Assembly: GCA_963841915.1 (NCBI GenBank)
Contig: CAWJEN010000006.1
Location: 1,184,001-1,248,000, forward strand
Reading direction: 5' to 3'
Source of the DNA: an uncultured Planctomycetota bacterium
GTDB lineage: Bacteria; Planctomycetota; Phycisphaerae; Tepidisphaerales; Tepidisphaeraceae
Length of the DNA stretch: 64,000 nucleotides
The position numbers were made by a program, and so were the translations under genes. Positions 18,820-29,785 of this stretch are shown here, in pieces. Numbering within the stretch: the stretch's first letter is position 1; the number at the start of each line of letters is the position of its first letter. The notes under the pieces were generated by a model. The model was not told the DNA's origin. It saw only the letters and a list, made by a program, of their open reading frames with translations, and ran no database searches.

Positions 18820-19948
18820 GGGCCTGACGGGCGGCACGTCTATACGCGAGCGACAGGCGAAGCAGCACGAGTCCGATGACGAGCATCACGCCCCCGGTAA
18901 GGACAAGAAGCGCTAATCGGTTGGCGGGACTACGCGGCACGTGGTCTTCAATAGCAAATCCGAGCTCCATCTCGGCTAGGCCTTGCTGCTCGTAGAACGC
19001 GTCATAGAAGCCGGCTTCTGTCGGATTGCCGCCTTGGCGAATGAGGTCATCTTCGTAAGACCGAAACGCCGTAACCCACGCATCGGCCTGCTGTCGTTCC
19101 TTTGCAAGGTCGGCGGCTACGTCGGCTTCGCTCGGCTCGCCGTGAATCTGCTCCAATAGCGCGTCGATGTCGCCAGCCTCGGCTTGGCCAAGCTCGCGTG
19201 CCCGCAGGTACGAGCGAACGGCAAGATGTTTATCTCCTCGGGCGGCCAGTAGATCGCCGAGTGCTTCGAACAGGTGCGGCGACGTGCCGGTGCCGAATCG
19301 GATCATGCCGACAATGCCCGCAACGGCTTGATCGATTTCGTCGCCGCTGACATTCCGGCCGCGAAGCACGCCTTCCATCACGCGAGCCAACTCTTCCGGC
19401 TCATTGAGGAGTTCGTCGTAACGCGGCCCCAGCAACATCGGCATGACAAAGCTGCCGGGCTTGCCGTCGCGGATGTGCTCGGCGAGCGCGAGCTGATACT
19501 TCTCGCGACCGAAGTGGGCGTCGGGGTTCACCTCGATCGCGCGTTCGATGAACGTGATGCCAATGTTCAAGTCGGCCGAACTGCCGTGCTTCAGGTAACG
19601 GTGCAGGTGAAACGTGCCGAGGTTCGCCAACGCGGTGTATCGCTCAGGATTGGCCTCGACGATCGGCGTCAGCAGGTCGATTGCGCGGTCGAAGTCGCCG
19701 AGCTTTTCGTGGGCGACGGCAAGGTTGTCAATCGCATCAAGATCGTCCGGCTGCTCGGCCAAATGCTCGCGCATCCGCTCGATACGTTGCTCGTAGAAGA
19801 AGTCGCTGTGCCGCTCGACCTTGCCGACCAGCACCGCCGCCACATCCGGCAGGCCACGCTGCTCGTCGCGAAGCGTGTCGTAGTCCCAGATGCACGCGGC
19901 AGCCGGTGCGGCCAGGAGCAGGAGCATTGCGATCAGTCGGACGCGCAT
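18776..19948 (-). CDS. Secreted/membrane-anchored TPR protein
   Basis: Signal peptide then ACIWDYDTL, TPR-like helices, NPDAHFGREKYQ, C-terminal TM helix. Confidence 0.75.
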   Translation of the reverse strand: MRVRLIAMLLLLAAPAAACIWDYDTLRDEQRGLPDVAAVLVGKVERHSDFFYEQRIERMREHLAEQPDDLDAIDNLAVAHEKLGDFDRAIDLLTPIVEANPERYTALANLGTFHLHRYLKHGSSADLNIGITFIERAIEVNPDAHFGREKYQLALAEHIRDGKPGSFVMPMLLGPRYDELLNEPEELARVMEGVLRGRNVSGDEIDQAVAGIVGMIRFGTGTSPHLFEALGDLLAARGDKHLAVRSYLRARELGQAEAGDIDALLEQIHGEPSEADVAADLAKERQQADAWVTAFRSYEDDLIRQGGNPTEAGFYDAFYEQQGLAEMELGFAIEDHVPRSPANRLALLVLTGGVMLVIGLVLLRLSLAYRRAARQALTPTTTAPAAGDRA

Positions 19949-20039
19949 GGGGTCATGGTACAAGAACTCCACGCGTTTTCTGTCTCGTTGTTGGCGTCGC
20001 CTTGATGCATTGCAGTTTGCATCAGCCATCTAGACTTTG

Positions 20040-20309
20040 ATGGCGAAACCAGTTTGGATCATCGTTGCTCTGCTCATCTGCATGACCGGCGGATATGTCG
20101 CCTATGTGAAACTATTTCCGCAGAACCACCTTGACCCGTTGTCCCCTGAGCAAGTGGCGGCGATGAGGGTCGGTCGCGATACCGAACGCAGCCCGCCCCC
20201 GCCGCCCAAGCCATGGATGACGTGGGCGGAAGCGGCCGATGAGTCGACTGACACGACGCTATCAGAAGCAGCAGCGGCGGCACGAGGTTCGCCGACAGGA
20301 CAATCGTGA
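20040..20309 (+). CDS. Small hypothetical membrane-anchored protein
   Basis: N-terminal TM helix and Pro-rich linker; fills the intergenic gap. Confidence 0.55.
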   Translation: MAKPVWIIVALLICMTGGYVAYVKLFPQNHLDPLSPEQVAAMRVGRDTERSPPPPPKPWMTWAEAADESTDTTLSEAAAAARGSPTGQS

Positions 20310-20441
20310 AAAAGCTCGCGACTCTGCATTCTCCCTAATGCGGATTGCAGGTTATCCGAGGTGTTCGGACACACCCGCAAAAGAGTGCCGATAAGCCGAT
20401 CCGGCCTTCAGGCTGCAGCGCCATTGCCTGATCTTCTTCAA

Positions 20442-22135
20442 ATGAAGCCTCTCCACATCGTGTGGCTCCTCGTTTTCTGCAGCATCGGCTGCGCGTCGGG
20501 AGGCGCGACGATGCCTGGCTACGAAAAGCCGTACCTCTATGGCACGGTCAGCACCATGCCCGGACCGGGACAGCAGGCGACGCGTAACTCGTCGGAGGGC
20601 AGACTCTGGTACTTCTACAACCAGTCCAACCCCAAAGACCGCGGCAAAGGGCCGAAACTGCGGGGCTTTGCGGACAAGGAGACCAAGCGGCCTCTGACCG
20701 ATGTCCGCTACACCGAGCTTTACCTGATTCGTGGTGACCTGGCCATTGGAAAGGACGTCGAGTCGGGCAACTTCGAACGCATTTCACTCCCGAGCGGCCG
20801 ACGCAAGGTGCTGCCGGGCTCAAAGGTCTTTCTGGTGCGATCCGGTATGACCCAGAGCACCGGCATCAATTTCCCGGTGATGGCCGACAAGCAGGACGAT
20901 GGCCGGTGGAGCGTGACGCTTTTGAGCCCGGAGCTGGAGCCGACGACGGTCGTGCGTGACGTCATCGGCCGCTCGTTTGTCGAAGGTCGTCCGCCCGTGC
21001 AATACCTTCCAGCCGGGGGATTCGCTGTGAGCTTCGCCCCGGATGAAGGCGATCCGTACGACGTTATTTTCGACCAGGCCGGCGTGCCGATCAGTCCGCC
21101 GCTTAACGGACTTGTTCGCCACCTTGGCCTCAAGAGTGACTATGGCGGCGCGGTGCAGCTGGCGGTGGAGGTCGATGCGGAGCGTGAGCTTTCGTGGCCG
21201 CTACGCGACGACGGCAAGATCGTGCCGATGCCCGAAGATTGCCTCGGCATTCGGCCGCTGAAGCACGACTGGCGCAACTCCCTCGTCGCCGGTTACGCCG
21301 TTGGTTGGCGTACCGAAGCGGGCGAGCGCTGGGCGGTGTATCCCAAGGCGCGGGTCGATCTGCAGGAGCTGCTGGCGACGCGTGACGCGACGATGTTCGA
21401 GAGCGTCTCCATGGTTTCGGGTAGTCGACAGGTCAGCAATCACACGGTCGTGGAGGCCATCGTCATGGCCAGGCTCCCGGCCGACTCGGACACCGGCGGA
21501 TGGAGTGCGTGGACGCTTGTTGATGGTCAGAACCTGCTGGACGCCCCGCCACTTTTCGCAGGGCCGTTCGCGAGCGAGCAGTTGTTGAAGAATCACATCC
21601 GGGGATGGAGCCGGCAGAGCGAGCAGCAGGCGGCGGCGGTTCGTCAGGAAGAGCACGAGAAAGCCAAGGCTGCTTACGAGAAGCACCTGGCGCTCAAGGC
21701 GGCTCGCGAGGAGGCCAAGCGGGCCGCACACGCGGCGGCGTTGGCGAAGGTGCGTGATCTCATTCGCCAGGGCAAGTACGAAGAGGCTGATCGGGTGGCC
21801 AGCGAGGCTTACCACGCGGAGGCCATGTGCGAACTGGCGGTGGCTCGCGGAACGCGGGCCGCGTGAGCGAGCTGAGCGCACAGACGCTTTACACCGCGGC
21901 CCGCTGGTCGAAGACCGGCGGCGACTACTTCGAAGCAGAGGCAGACCGACGCCATCGCGCCCTCGCCCAAACCCACAGCGGCGGAGGTGGCGGACAGTGG
22001 TCATCGATGCCAATCCGCCAGGCCTCGCCCGTCGCCCCCAAGGCCTACGTGCCGCCGCGGAACTTCATTGCGGAGATGAAGTGGGAATCGAAGATCAATT
22101 ACCTGTCCGGCAAGCAGAACTGGTATTTCGACTAA
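20442..22135 (+). CDS. Hypothetical lipoprotein, frameshifted near 21850
   Basis: MKPLHIVWLLVFCSIGC lipobox-like start; ORF 21827-22135 continues the protein in another frame (...KINYLSGKQNWYFD). Confidence 0.65.
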
Positions 22136-22304
22136 GCACTGCTGCGGCTCGGATCCGTTCGACGTTGGCCCGAGCCACGCGGGGAACGCCTCCTTGTCCA
22201 CCTCGCCGGCGGCCCGGAACAACGTGTGGTGCGGCAACGTGAGCCGTTGAACGAACAAGCTTCGCAAGACGAGCCTTCTGCGGTAGACATACCGTGCCAC
22301 CAGC

Positions 22305-23495
22305 ATGAAGGCCCACGAATACCAAGGACGCAAGATTCTCGCCGACTACGGCCTGCCCGTGCCGGACGGCGAGGTCGTGCGCAGTGCCGACGAAGCCGTT
22401 AAGGCTTACGAGAAGTTTGACGGCGAAGGCAAGGGCGACCTCGTCGTCGTCAAGGCGCAGGTGTACGCCGGCGGCCGGGGCAAGGCCGGCTTCGTCAAGC
22501 TCTGCAAGAGCGCCGACGAGGTCCGTGAGGCGGCAGAGTTCATGCTGAGCAACCGCATGACGAACAACCAGACCGGGCCCGAGGGCGTGCCGGTCAGCGT
22601 GCTACTCGTGGCGCCGGGCGTCGACATCGCCAAGGAGTACTACGTCGGCGTGACCGTCGACCGCGGCCGCGGGACGCCGGTGCTGATCGCCTCGGCCGAG
22701 GGTGGCGTGGAGATCGAAGAAGTCGCCGCCAAGAACCCGGACGCGATCATCAAGGAGCCCCTGCACCCGCTGATGGGTCTGCAGCCGTTCCAGGCCCGCG
22801 AAGTCGCTTTCAAGCTCGGCTTCGAAGGCAAGATGGTCAACCAGGCGGCCAAGCTGATGGTCCAGCTCAGCAAGGCCTTTCTCGAAACCGACGCGGAGCT
22901 GGCCGAGATCAACCCGCTCGTCATCACCAAGGAGGGCGAGCTGCTGGCCATCGACGCCAAGTTCACCTTCGACGGCAACGCCGGCTTCCGACAGAAGAAG
23001 ATCGTCGAGATGCAGGACGACTCGCAGGAGAAGGAGCTCGACGTCCGTGCCGCCAAGGCCGACCTGAACTACATCCAGCTCGACGGCAACATCGGCTGCC
23101 TCGTCAACGGTGCAGGCCTGGCTATGGCGACGATGGACGTCATCAAGCTCCACGGCGGCGAGCCGGCCAACTTCCTCGACGTTGGCGGCAGCGTCACCAG
23201 CGAAGGGGCGATCGAGGCGTTCAAGATCATCCTCGCCGACGACTCCGTGAAGGGCATCATGGTCAACATCTTCGGCGGCATCGCCCGGTGCGACCTCATC
23301 GCCGACGCCCTCGTCGAGGCTGGCAAGCAGATCGGCTTCCAGGTGCCGGTGGTTGTGCGGCTTGAGGGCACGAACGTCGACAAGGCCCGCGAAATTCTCG
23401 CCGGCGCGTCGGGCGATCTGCCGACGCTGCAGACCGCTACCGACCTGACCGACGCAGCCGAGAAGGTGACGAGCGCGGTGAAGAAGGCGGCCTAG
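22305..23495 (+). CDS. sucC: Succinate--CoA ligase beta subunit
   Basis: [61 protein letters not shown]. Confidence 0.97.
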   Translation: MKAHEYQGRKILADYGLPVPDGEVVRSADEAVKAYEKFDGEGKGDLVVVKAQVYAGGRGKAGFVKLCKSADEVREAAEFMLSNRMTNNQTGPEGVPVSVLLVAPGVDIAKEYYVGVTVDRGRGTPVLIASAEGGVEIEEVAAKNPDAIIKEPLHPLMGLQPFQAREVAFKLGFEGKMVNQAAKLMVQLSKAFLETDAELAEINPLVITKEGELLAIDAKFTFDGNAGFRQKKIVEMQDDSQEKELDVRAAKADLNYIQLDGNIGCLVNGAGLAMATMDVIKLHGGEPANFLDVGGSVTSEGAIEAFKIILADDSVKGIMVNIFGGIARCDLIADALVEAGKQIGFQVPVVVRLEGTNVDKAREILAGASGDLPTLQTATDLTDAAEKVTSAVKKAA

Positions 23496-23539
23496 GTGGT
23501 GGATTCGCAAACTCCGTCGGCTCGCACCGCGGCCCACCC

Positions 23540-23791
23540 CTAGGCGATGATGCTCGAGACACCGAAGCGGATGCGGGCCCAAGCTCGTTCGTGGAAGTAG
23601 TACAACAGCAATTTGCTCGGCACTTCGAACGCCCCGATGACGCCGCTGGCCTTGGCGATTTCGGCGGTGCCTTCGGGGCGCAGCGTCAGCATCACGCCGA
23701 AGCCGATGATGGCCGTCGTGATGGAGGCGATCGTCCGCCACGACACCGTCTTGGCAAGTGAACGCTTGGCAGACTCTTTAACAACGGTCAT
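23540..23791 (-). CDS. DUF2061-family small membrane protein
   Basis: RSLAKTVSWR...LYYFHERAW..I.FG. Confidence 0.85.
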   Translation of the reverse strand: MTVVKESAKRSLAKTVSWRTIASITTAIIGFGVMLTLRPEGTAEIAKASGVIGAFEVPSKLLLYYFHERAWARIRFGVSSIIA

Positions 23792-23797
23792 GGAAGC

Positions 23798-24631
23798 TCA
23801 GGCGAGTGGGTTGGGCGGGTTCAGCACCGCCGAATCGTGCAACTTGATCAAGTCCGCAGCGTCGCCGACGGCAACGGGGCCGTGGGATTCGACCAATTCG
23901 CACACTGCTTTATCACGAGAGGCGACGTCGTATCGCTCGAGCCACGCTGCAACTTCGGGAGCGTCCGGCCGCGAAGGGTCACGCAACTGCTTGGGCGGCG
24001 GCTTGAGCTTCAGTCGCCACGGCTTGGGCGTCAGACGGGCGCGGTAGCACTGCTGGTACGTGCACAGTCGCCGGTAGAGCACGTCGCTCTCCAGATCCGT
24101 CAGCAGCTTCGCCGCCTCATCGGACGTCGGCGACATGGGAACATCGGTGACAAACACGCGATATCCGGCCAACGTTCGATAGATCCGCGTCGAACGCCCT
24201 TCGGTGACGTGGCGAATGCGGTCGAGCGTCACCTGCCAGACATCAGTCGGTCGCAGCAAGCGGCGGATCGCTTGGCCGATGTGCAAAAGGCTCCACGGCC
24301 GCTGCCGATCAACGACATCGACGTCGGCGATGAACAGCTCGGCCGCATTGAGCACGACCGCCCCGTAGCCGTTGCGGGTCAACGCTGCGATGCGTCGCCC
24401 GCTCCGCTCGATGTCCTGAAGGATGGGCTCCCGGATCGGCCGATCGGCGTACCCGTACCACCGCTCCAACTCGTGCCCACCGCTGCGACGCAGATACTCG
24501 ACGATGCGTCCTGCGCGAACACGTGCCTGATCGGCTGCGTCGGCGGCTGACACATCCGACCAGCCGAGCGCCGTGCCGTCGTGGCCATCCCCCAGTTCAG
24601 CCCGCTGCCAGTATCGGTGGACACGCATCAT
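23798..24631 (-). CDS. Conserved hypothetical protein coupled to cysNC
   Basis: ATGA overlap with the cysNC stop; motifs TRNGYGAVVLN, FIADVD, RIYRTLAGYR, LYRRLCTYQQCYRARLTPKPWR. Confidence 0.75.
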   Translation of the reverse strand: MMRVHRYWQRAELGDGHDGTALGWSDVSAADAADQARVRAGRIVEYLRRSGGHELERWYGYADRPIREPILQDIERSGRRIAALTRNGYGAVVLNAAELFIADVDVVDRQRPWSLLHIGQAIRRLLRPTDVWQVTLDRIRHVTEGRSTRIYRTLAGYRVFVTDVPMSPTSDEAAKLLTDLESDVLYRRLCTYQQCYRARLTPKPWRLKLKPPPKQLRDPSRPDAPEVAAWLERYDVASRDKAVCELVESHGPVAVGDAADLIKLHDSAVLNPPNPLA

Positions 24632-26598
24632 GCCCCTCCTGAGACCAGGCCTCGCTCTCGGAGCAACTCGATGATCTGCCGCACACACGCCTCGGCGGCA
24701 ACTTCATCCGTGCGCAGGTGCACATCGGGAGACTCAGGCCGTTCGTAGGGCGCGTCGACGCCGGTGAACGACTCAAATTCGCCGCCGTCGGCCTGCTCGT
24801 AGGTGCCGCCGGCTCGGCGGCGGCAGACTTCGATGGGCGCGTCGAGGAAGACCTCAATGACGCCGTCATCGCCGACCGCGTCGGCGAGTTGTCTGCGGGC
24901 GTTCTTGCGGTCATCGGCAAACGGGGCGATGAGGCTGACGACGCTGAACAAGCCCGCGTCGGCGAGCATGACAGCGGTCGCTGCCGCCCGGCGGCTGTGC
25001 TCACGTCGGTCGCGGCCGGCGTAGCCGAGGTCGCTGCCGAGTGTGCCCCGCAGGTTTCCGCCGTCGAGCACGGTACCGAACAGGCCCAGGTCGAAGAGTT
25101 CGCGCTCGAGCTGGTAGGCGACCGTGGTCTTGCCACTGCCTTTGAGGCCGGTGAGCCAGACGCAAAACGGCTTGTGCTGCAGCCGCGTGGCACGTTCTTG
25201 GGCCGTGATCAGGCTGCGATGGCGGTGGGTCGTCGCCTGCGGCGTTGCTGCCTTGTCGCTGGGCCTGCCGCCTTGCGATTCGATCGTCTCGCGGTCGAGG
25301 ATCATGCCCGCCGCGACGGTGCCGTGTGTCTGGCGGTCGATGACGACGAAGCCGCCGGTGCTCCTGTTCTTGGCGTAGGCGTCGTACGCGACAGGCCGGG
25401 CCAGCTCGACCTCGACGCGGCCGACCTCGTTGAGTTCAAGCTTGTCGGCCGGGTGCTGGCGGAGCGTGTTGACGTCGGTGCGGTAGCGCAGTGTCTTGAA
25501 CCGGGCCGGCACGTCGCGAGCAGTGTGCTTGATGATGTACTGCCCGCCCGGCTGCATGGGCTTGGCGTCCATCCAGACGAGCATCGCGTCGAACCGATTA
25601 CCGACCCTCGGCACGTTGTTGACCGGCGCGATCACATCGCCGCGAGAGGCGTCGACCTCTTGGGTCGTCGTGATGCAGACGGCCTGGCCCGCCGACGCTT
25701 CGGCGACTTCTTCGGCACCCGGGCCGAGCACGGTCTTGACGGTGGTTCGTGTGCCGGCCGGCAGGACGACAATCTCCTCGCCCGGCCGAATGACGCCGCC
25801 AGCCACGGTGCCCATGTACCCGCGGAACGTGCGGTCGGGCCGACTGACATATTGCACCGGCAGCCGCATATCGACGAGGTTTCGATCGCCGGCGACGTGC
25901 ACATTCTCCAGGTGACTCAGCAAAGGCAGGCCGCCGTACCACGGCATGTGCTTCGACGGCTCGACCACGTTGTCGCCCGCCAATGCGCTCATCGGGATGA
26001 ACGCCACATCCGAAAAGCCCAGCCGGGCCGAGAAGTCGGTAAAGTCACGGCGGACGCTACGAAAGGCCGCCTCGTCCCAGCCAGCCAGATCCATCTTGTT
26101 GACGGCAACGACAATGTGCTTGATGCCCAGGAGCGACGCGATGAACGCGTGTCTGCGGGTCTGGACGATCACGCCTTTCGTCGCATCGACAAGCAAGATG
26201 GCCAGGTTGGCCGTGCTCGCGCCGGTGGCCATGTTCCGCGTGTACTGCTCGTGACCGGGGCAGTCGGCGATGATGAACTTGCGCCTCGGCGTGCTGAAGT
26301 AGCGGTAGGCGACGTCGATCGTAATGCCCTGCTCGCGTTCTGCCTTGAGTCCGTCGGTCACGAGCGCCAGGTCGATGTCACCGCCGGTCGTGCCGACGGT
26401 TTTGCTGGCCTTCTCGACGGCGGCGAGCTGGTCTTCGTAGATGCCCTTGCTTTCGTAGAGCAGCCGGCCGATGAGCGTCGACTTGCCGTCGTCGACGCTG
26501 CCGCACGTGACGAACCGGAGCAGGTCCTTGCGCTCGGTCTCGTCGAGCAACTGCTGTGCGTAGCCGGCATCGGCTTCGGGGTAGGTAGTTTCAGACAT
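24628..26598 (-). CDS. cysN: Sulfate adenylyltransferase subunit 1 fused to APS-kinase-like domain (CysN/C)
   Basis: CGSVDDGKSTLIGRLL, EREQGITIDVAYRYF, DCPGHEQYTRNMATGAS, NKMD; C-terminal WLTGLKGSGKTT domain. Confidence 0.96.
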   Translation of the reverse strand: MSETTYPEADAGYAQQLLDETERKDLLRFVTCGSVDDGKSTLIGRLLYESKGIYEDQLAAVEKASKTVGTTGGDIDLALVTDGLKAEREQGITIDVAYRYFSTPRRKFIIADCPGHEQYTRNMATGASTANLAILLVDATKGVIVQTRRHAFIASLLGIKHIVVAVNKMDLAGWDEAAFRSVRRDFTDFSARLGFSDVAFIPMSALAGDNVVEPSKHMPWYGGLPLLSHLENVHVAGDRNLVDMRLPVQYVSRPDRTFRGYMGTVAGGVIRPGEEIVVLPAGTRTTVKTVLGPGAEEVAEASAGQAVCITTTQEVDASRGDVIAPVNNVPRVGNRFDAMLVWMDAKPMQPGGQYIIKHTARDVPARFKTLRYRTDVNTLRQHPADKLELNEVGRVEVELARPVAYDAYAKNRSTGGFVVIDRQTHGTVAAGMILDRETIESQGGRPSDKAATPQATTHRHRSLITAQERATRLQHKPFCVWLTGLKGSGKTTVAYQLERELFDLGLFGTVLDGGNLRGTLGSDLGYAGRDRREHSRRAAATAVMLADAGLFSVVSLIAPFADDRKNARRQLADAVGDDGVIEVFLDAPIEVCRRRAGGTYEQADGGEFESFTGVDAPYERPESPDVHLRTDEVAAEACVRQIIELLRERGLVSGGA

Positions 26599-26606
26599 CG
26601 CGTGGT

Positions 26607-27023
26607 TTATCCGTCGTAGAGCATCACCTGGGCTTCACCGGCGGCGCGGCGAAGAGACTTGTCGAGCGTGGCAAGCGGCAATGCGTGCCTCAGCGAGAGC
26701 TCGAGGTAGCAGGCATCATGAAACTTCAGCTTGTGATCCCTTGCGAGAGACATGGTCGACTCGACCCGAACCTCATCGAATTCGATGTCGAAACGGTCTA
26801 GGCGATTCAGAGCGTCATCGACTGCAGCGGGTGCGATCTGCTTATTGACCTCCGCCTTTCGCAGAGCATTGCGGAGTTCGTACCAGCACAAGGCCGGGGC
26901 AGCAGAGACGTGCGACGACAACTTGATCGCCACTGCATCAGCAATCAGCGTCGGGTCGTCACGCAAGACAATTGACGCCAAGAGCGAAGCATCGACGACG
27001 CAGAGAGTTGCCGTTCCAATCAC
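26607..27023 (-). CDS. vapC: VapC-family PIN-domain toxin
   Basis: VVDAS...APALCWYELRNAL...FHDACYLEL...LATLDKSL. Confidence 0.9.
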   Translation of the reverse strand: MIGTATLCVVDASLLASIVLRDDPTLIADAVAIKLSSHVSAAPALCWYELRNALRKAEVNKQIAPAAVDDALNRLDRFDIEFDEVRVESTMSLARDHKLKFHDACYLELSLRHALPLATLDKSLRRAAGEAQVMLYDG

Positions 27024-27322
27024 TCGTCCCGCTCCTCTCGAACGAGTGCCAGAACATCCTCCTCAGTCATCGAAGGTACCCCGTTCTGCGATCTCCACGC
27101 TCGGAGACCGCTGCGGTGGGCGTCGAGCCACTGCTTGAAACCGGCAGCGCGCTCGGCTTGATCATCGGCCGGCGAAATTGGTTCGCCATCCGCGGTCTCG
27201 TATCGATGCAAAATGGTGCCGTTGCGTGTGACCTGCATTGGCAGCCCACGCTCGAGACGGTCGGCCGCCTCTGCTGGGAGATCTTCCACGGCGACGGTGA
27301 GGATGTCGAGGGGAGCAGCCAT
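27020..27322 (-). CDS. Putative antitoxin partner of VapC
   Basis: 100 aa, 4-nt overlap with vapC; MQVTRNG Phd-like strand, C-terminal EDVLALVREERD. Confidence 0.7.
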   Translation of the reverse strand: MAAPLDILTVAVEDLPAEAADRLERGLPMQVTRNGTILHRYETADGEPISPADDQAERAAGFKQWLDAHRSGLRAWRSQNGVPSMTEEDVLALVREERDE

Positions 27323-27339
27323 ACGGCGATCCTAACAAG

Positions 27340-28293
27340 TCAGAAGTACCCGTCCTTCTTCTTCTCTTCCATCCCGCCGTCCTTGTCTTTGTCGACGGCA
27401 CGATTCTGTCGCTCGCTGTTCCTCGCCGCCGCGACTTCGGCGACGACTTCGTCGAGCGTCGCAGCCGTGCTTTCCACTGCACCCGTGCAGATCTGGCAGC
27501 CGAGCGTTCGGAACCGCACGCACGCCGTTTCGACCTGTTCACCCGCCTGCGGCTCGATCTTGTCGCCGGCGTACACGTACATGCCGCTCCGCCGAATCAC
27601 CGGCCGCTCTGCCGCGAAGTACAACGGCACGATCTCGATCGCTTCCCGCGCGATGTACGCCCAGATGTCCAGCTCCGTCCAGTTGCTGATCGGGAAGCAC
27701 CGAAAGCTCTCACCCGGTGCGTGCCGCGTGTTGTACAGGTCCCACAGCTCCGGCCGCTGGTTCTTGGGGTCCCACTGCTGAAAGCTGTCGCGGAAGCTCA
27801 GCACGCGTTCCTTCGCCCGGCTGCGCTCTTCGTCACGCCTTGCCCCTCCGAAGGCGGCGTCGAAGCCGTGGTGCGTCAGCGCGTCGACCAACGCCTGACG
27901 CTTGAGCAGGTCGGCACACTCGCCGCACGACCAGCAGGCGGCGTCTTCGCTTTTCTGCTTCAAAGCCTCTTCGTTCCGCCAGACGATCAACTCCATTCCG
28001 GCGTCCTTGGCCATCTGGTCCCGGTAGTCGTACATCTCCGGAAACTTGAACGATGTGTCGACGTGCATCAGCGGAAAAGGCGGCCTGCCGGGTGCAAAGG
28101 CCTTCTTGGCCAGATGCAGCATCACGGCCGAGTCCTTGCCGACCGAAAACAACATGACCGGCTTCTCACAGCCGGCGACCGTCTCGCGGATGATGTGAAT
28201 GCTCTCGGACTCCAGTTGATCCAAATGTCCGCGACGGCGCACCACGCCATTAGCTGTATCTCCTACCGGCGAATCGGTAATGGCTCCGCTCAT
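27340..28293 (-). CDS. cysD: Sulfate adenylyltransferase subunit 2
   Basis: [56 protein letters not shown]. Confidence 0.97.
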   Translation of the reverse strand: MSGAITDSPVGDTANGVVRRRGHLDQLESESIHIIRETVAGCEKPVMLFSVGKDSAVMLHLAKKAFAPGRPPFPLMHVDTSFKFPEMYDYRDQMAKDAGMELIVWRNEEALKQKSEDAACWSCGECADLLKRQALVDALTHHGFDAAFGGARRDEERSRAKERVLSFRDSFQQWDPKNQRPELWDLYNTRHAPGESFRCFPISNWTELDIWAYIAREAIEIVPLYFAAERPVIRRSGMYVYAGDKIEPQAGEQVETACVRFRTLGCQICTGAVESTAATLDEVVAEVAAARNSERQNRAVDKDKDGGMEEKKKDGYF

Positions 28294-28895
28294 ACTGACA
28301 GGATGCCCCTTTGCCGCAAAAAGTCCAGTACTGCCGCCACTTCTTCTGCGAGCGACATCTCATCCGTCTTCAATCGCAGCTCAGGCGACGTCGGCGGTTC
28401 GTACGGGTCGCTGATCCCGGTGAACGATGCGATCTCGCCCGCCCGCGCCTTCTGGTACAGCCCTTTCGGGTCCCGCTTCTCGGCCTCGGCCAGCGGGCAG
28501 TCGACGAACACCTCGGCAAACATCAGCCCGGCCGCTTCGTGTGTCTGACGGGCAACCTCGCGGTCGACGGCGTACGGGCTGATGAAGCAGACGAGGCAGA
28601 CCAGGCCGGCATCGGCCATGAGCTTGGCCACCTCGCCGACGCGGCGGATGTTTTCTTTTCTGTCGTCGGCGGAAAATGTCAGGCCTGCGTTGAGGCCGAG
28701 CCGAATGTTGTCGCCGTCGAGCCGATAGGTCGCCCGGCCGGCATCGAGCAGTGCCTTTTCGACGGCGACGGCCACCGTGCTCTTGCCGCTGCCGCTCAGG
28801 CCGGTCATCCACAAGGTGCATCCTGGGCCGCCGGTCGTCTTTGCGCGGTCGTCGACCGTTACCGCGCCGGCGTGGAAGGTCAGGTTCGTGCTCAC
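28290..28895 (-). CDS. cysC: Adenylyl-sulfate kinase
   Basis: [49 protein letters not shown]. Confidence 0.97.
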   Translation of the reverse strand: MSTNLTFHAGAVTVDDRAKTTGGPGCTLWMTGLSGSGKSTVAVAVEKALLDAGRATYRLDGDNIRLGLNAGLTFSADDRKENIRRVGEVAKLMADAGLVCLVCFISPYAVDREVARQTHEAAGLMFAEVFVDCPLAEAEKRDPKGLYQKARAGEIASFTGISDPYEPPTSPELRLKTDEMSLAEEVAAVLDFLRQRGILSV

Positions 28896-28930
28896 GCCGG
28901 CAGCCTAAGCCGATAGACTCCCCCTGCCGC

Positions 28931-29785
28931 ATGGATGCCGCCCTTGCCGAACCTCGCTTCCTGACCGACGTGCCACCCGACGCGTGGCACGCGCCGGCCG
29001 ACATTCTGGCGCTGCCACCCGCGAAGGTGCCGAACCACATTGCCGTCATCATGGATGGCAACGGTCGATGGGCGACCCGGCAAGGCAAGCCGCGGCACGA
29101 AGGCCACGCCGAAGGCGCCGCCGTCGTGCCCGACCTGGTCGGCGAATGCTGCCGCCTGCGTGACCGGCTCCAAGGCCCCAACTACCTGACGCTCTACAGC
29201 TTTTCCCTCGAAAACTGGAAAAGACCGCCTGAAGAAGTTGCGTTTCTGATGGAGATGTACGTCGCCTTTCTGCGGGAGCAAAGGCCGCGGATGATGCGGG
29301 AGAACGTTTGCTTCAACCAGATCGGCCGCCTTGAAAATCTGCCGCAACAAGTTCTCGACGAAGTGCACCAGACGCTCGACGAGACGGCCAGGAACGACGG
29401 GCTGACGGTGACGCTCGCCCTCAATTACGGCGGCCGGGCCGAGCTTGTCGACGCCGCCCGCCGGCTCGTCACCGACGGCATCGCAGCGGAGGATATCGAT
29501 GACGACGCCTTTGCCGCCCGCCTGACGACGGGCTTGATCGGCGGCTTTACGGGGCAAACGGTGCCGGACGTCGACCTGCTCATCCGCACCGCCGGCGAGT
29601 TCCGGATCAGCAACTACCTGTTGTGGCAGATCAGCTACGCCGAGATCTTTGTGACCGAGGCGACCTGGCCCGACTTCGGGCGCCGCGAGTTGTTCGAGGC
29701 GATGCGGTCGTACGCGGGCAGGACGCGGCGCTTCGGGGCGGTGGTGGAGGAGGCGTCAGACGAGCACTCGGTCAACCATCTTTGA
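28931..29785 (+). CDS. uppS: Isoprenyl transferase (undecaprenyl diphosphate synthase)
   Basis: HIAVIMDGNGRWA, YSFSLENWKRP, ALNYGGR, DLLIRTAGEFRISNYLLWQISYAE. Confidence 0.96.
   Translation: MDAALAEPRFLTDVPPDAWHAPADILALPPAKVPNHIAVIMDGNGRWATRQGKPRHEGHAEGAAVVPDLVGECCRLRDRLQGPNYLTLYSFSLENWKRPPEEVAFLMEMYVAFLREQRPRMMRENVCFNQIGRLENLPQQVLDEVHQTLDETARNDGLTVTLALNYGGRAELVDAARRLVTDGIAAEDIDDDAFAARLTTGLIGGFTGQTVPDVDLLIRTAGEFRISNYLLWQISYAEIFVTEATWPDFGRRELFEAMRSYAGRTRRFGAVVEEASDEHSVNHL

Noticed and set aside
17341..18837. Long antisense or alternate-frame ORFs (also 24718-26619, 10982-12349, 55122-56492, 3820-5148)
   Set aside because: Shadows of real genes in high-GC DNA, with Arg/Ala-rich non-protein-like composition.
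22305..23495. sucC without sucD as an anomaly
   Set aside because: Split operons are common in this phylum; cannot be judged from one window.
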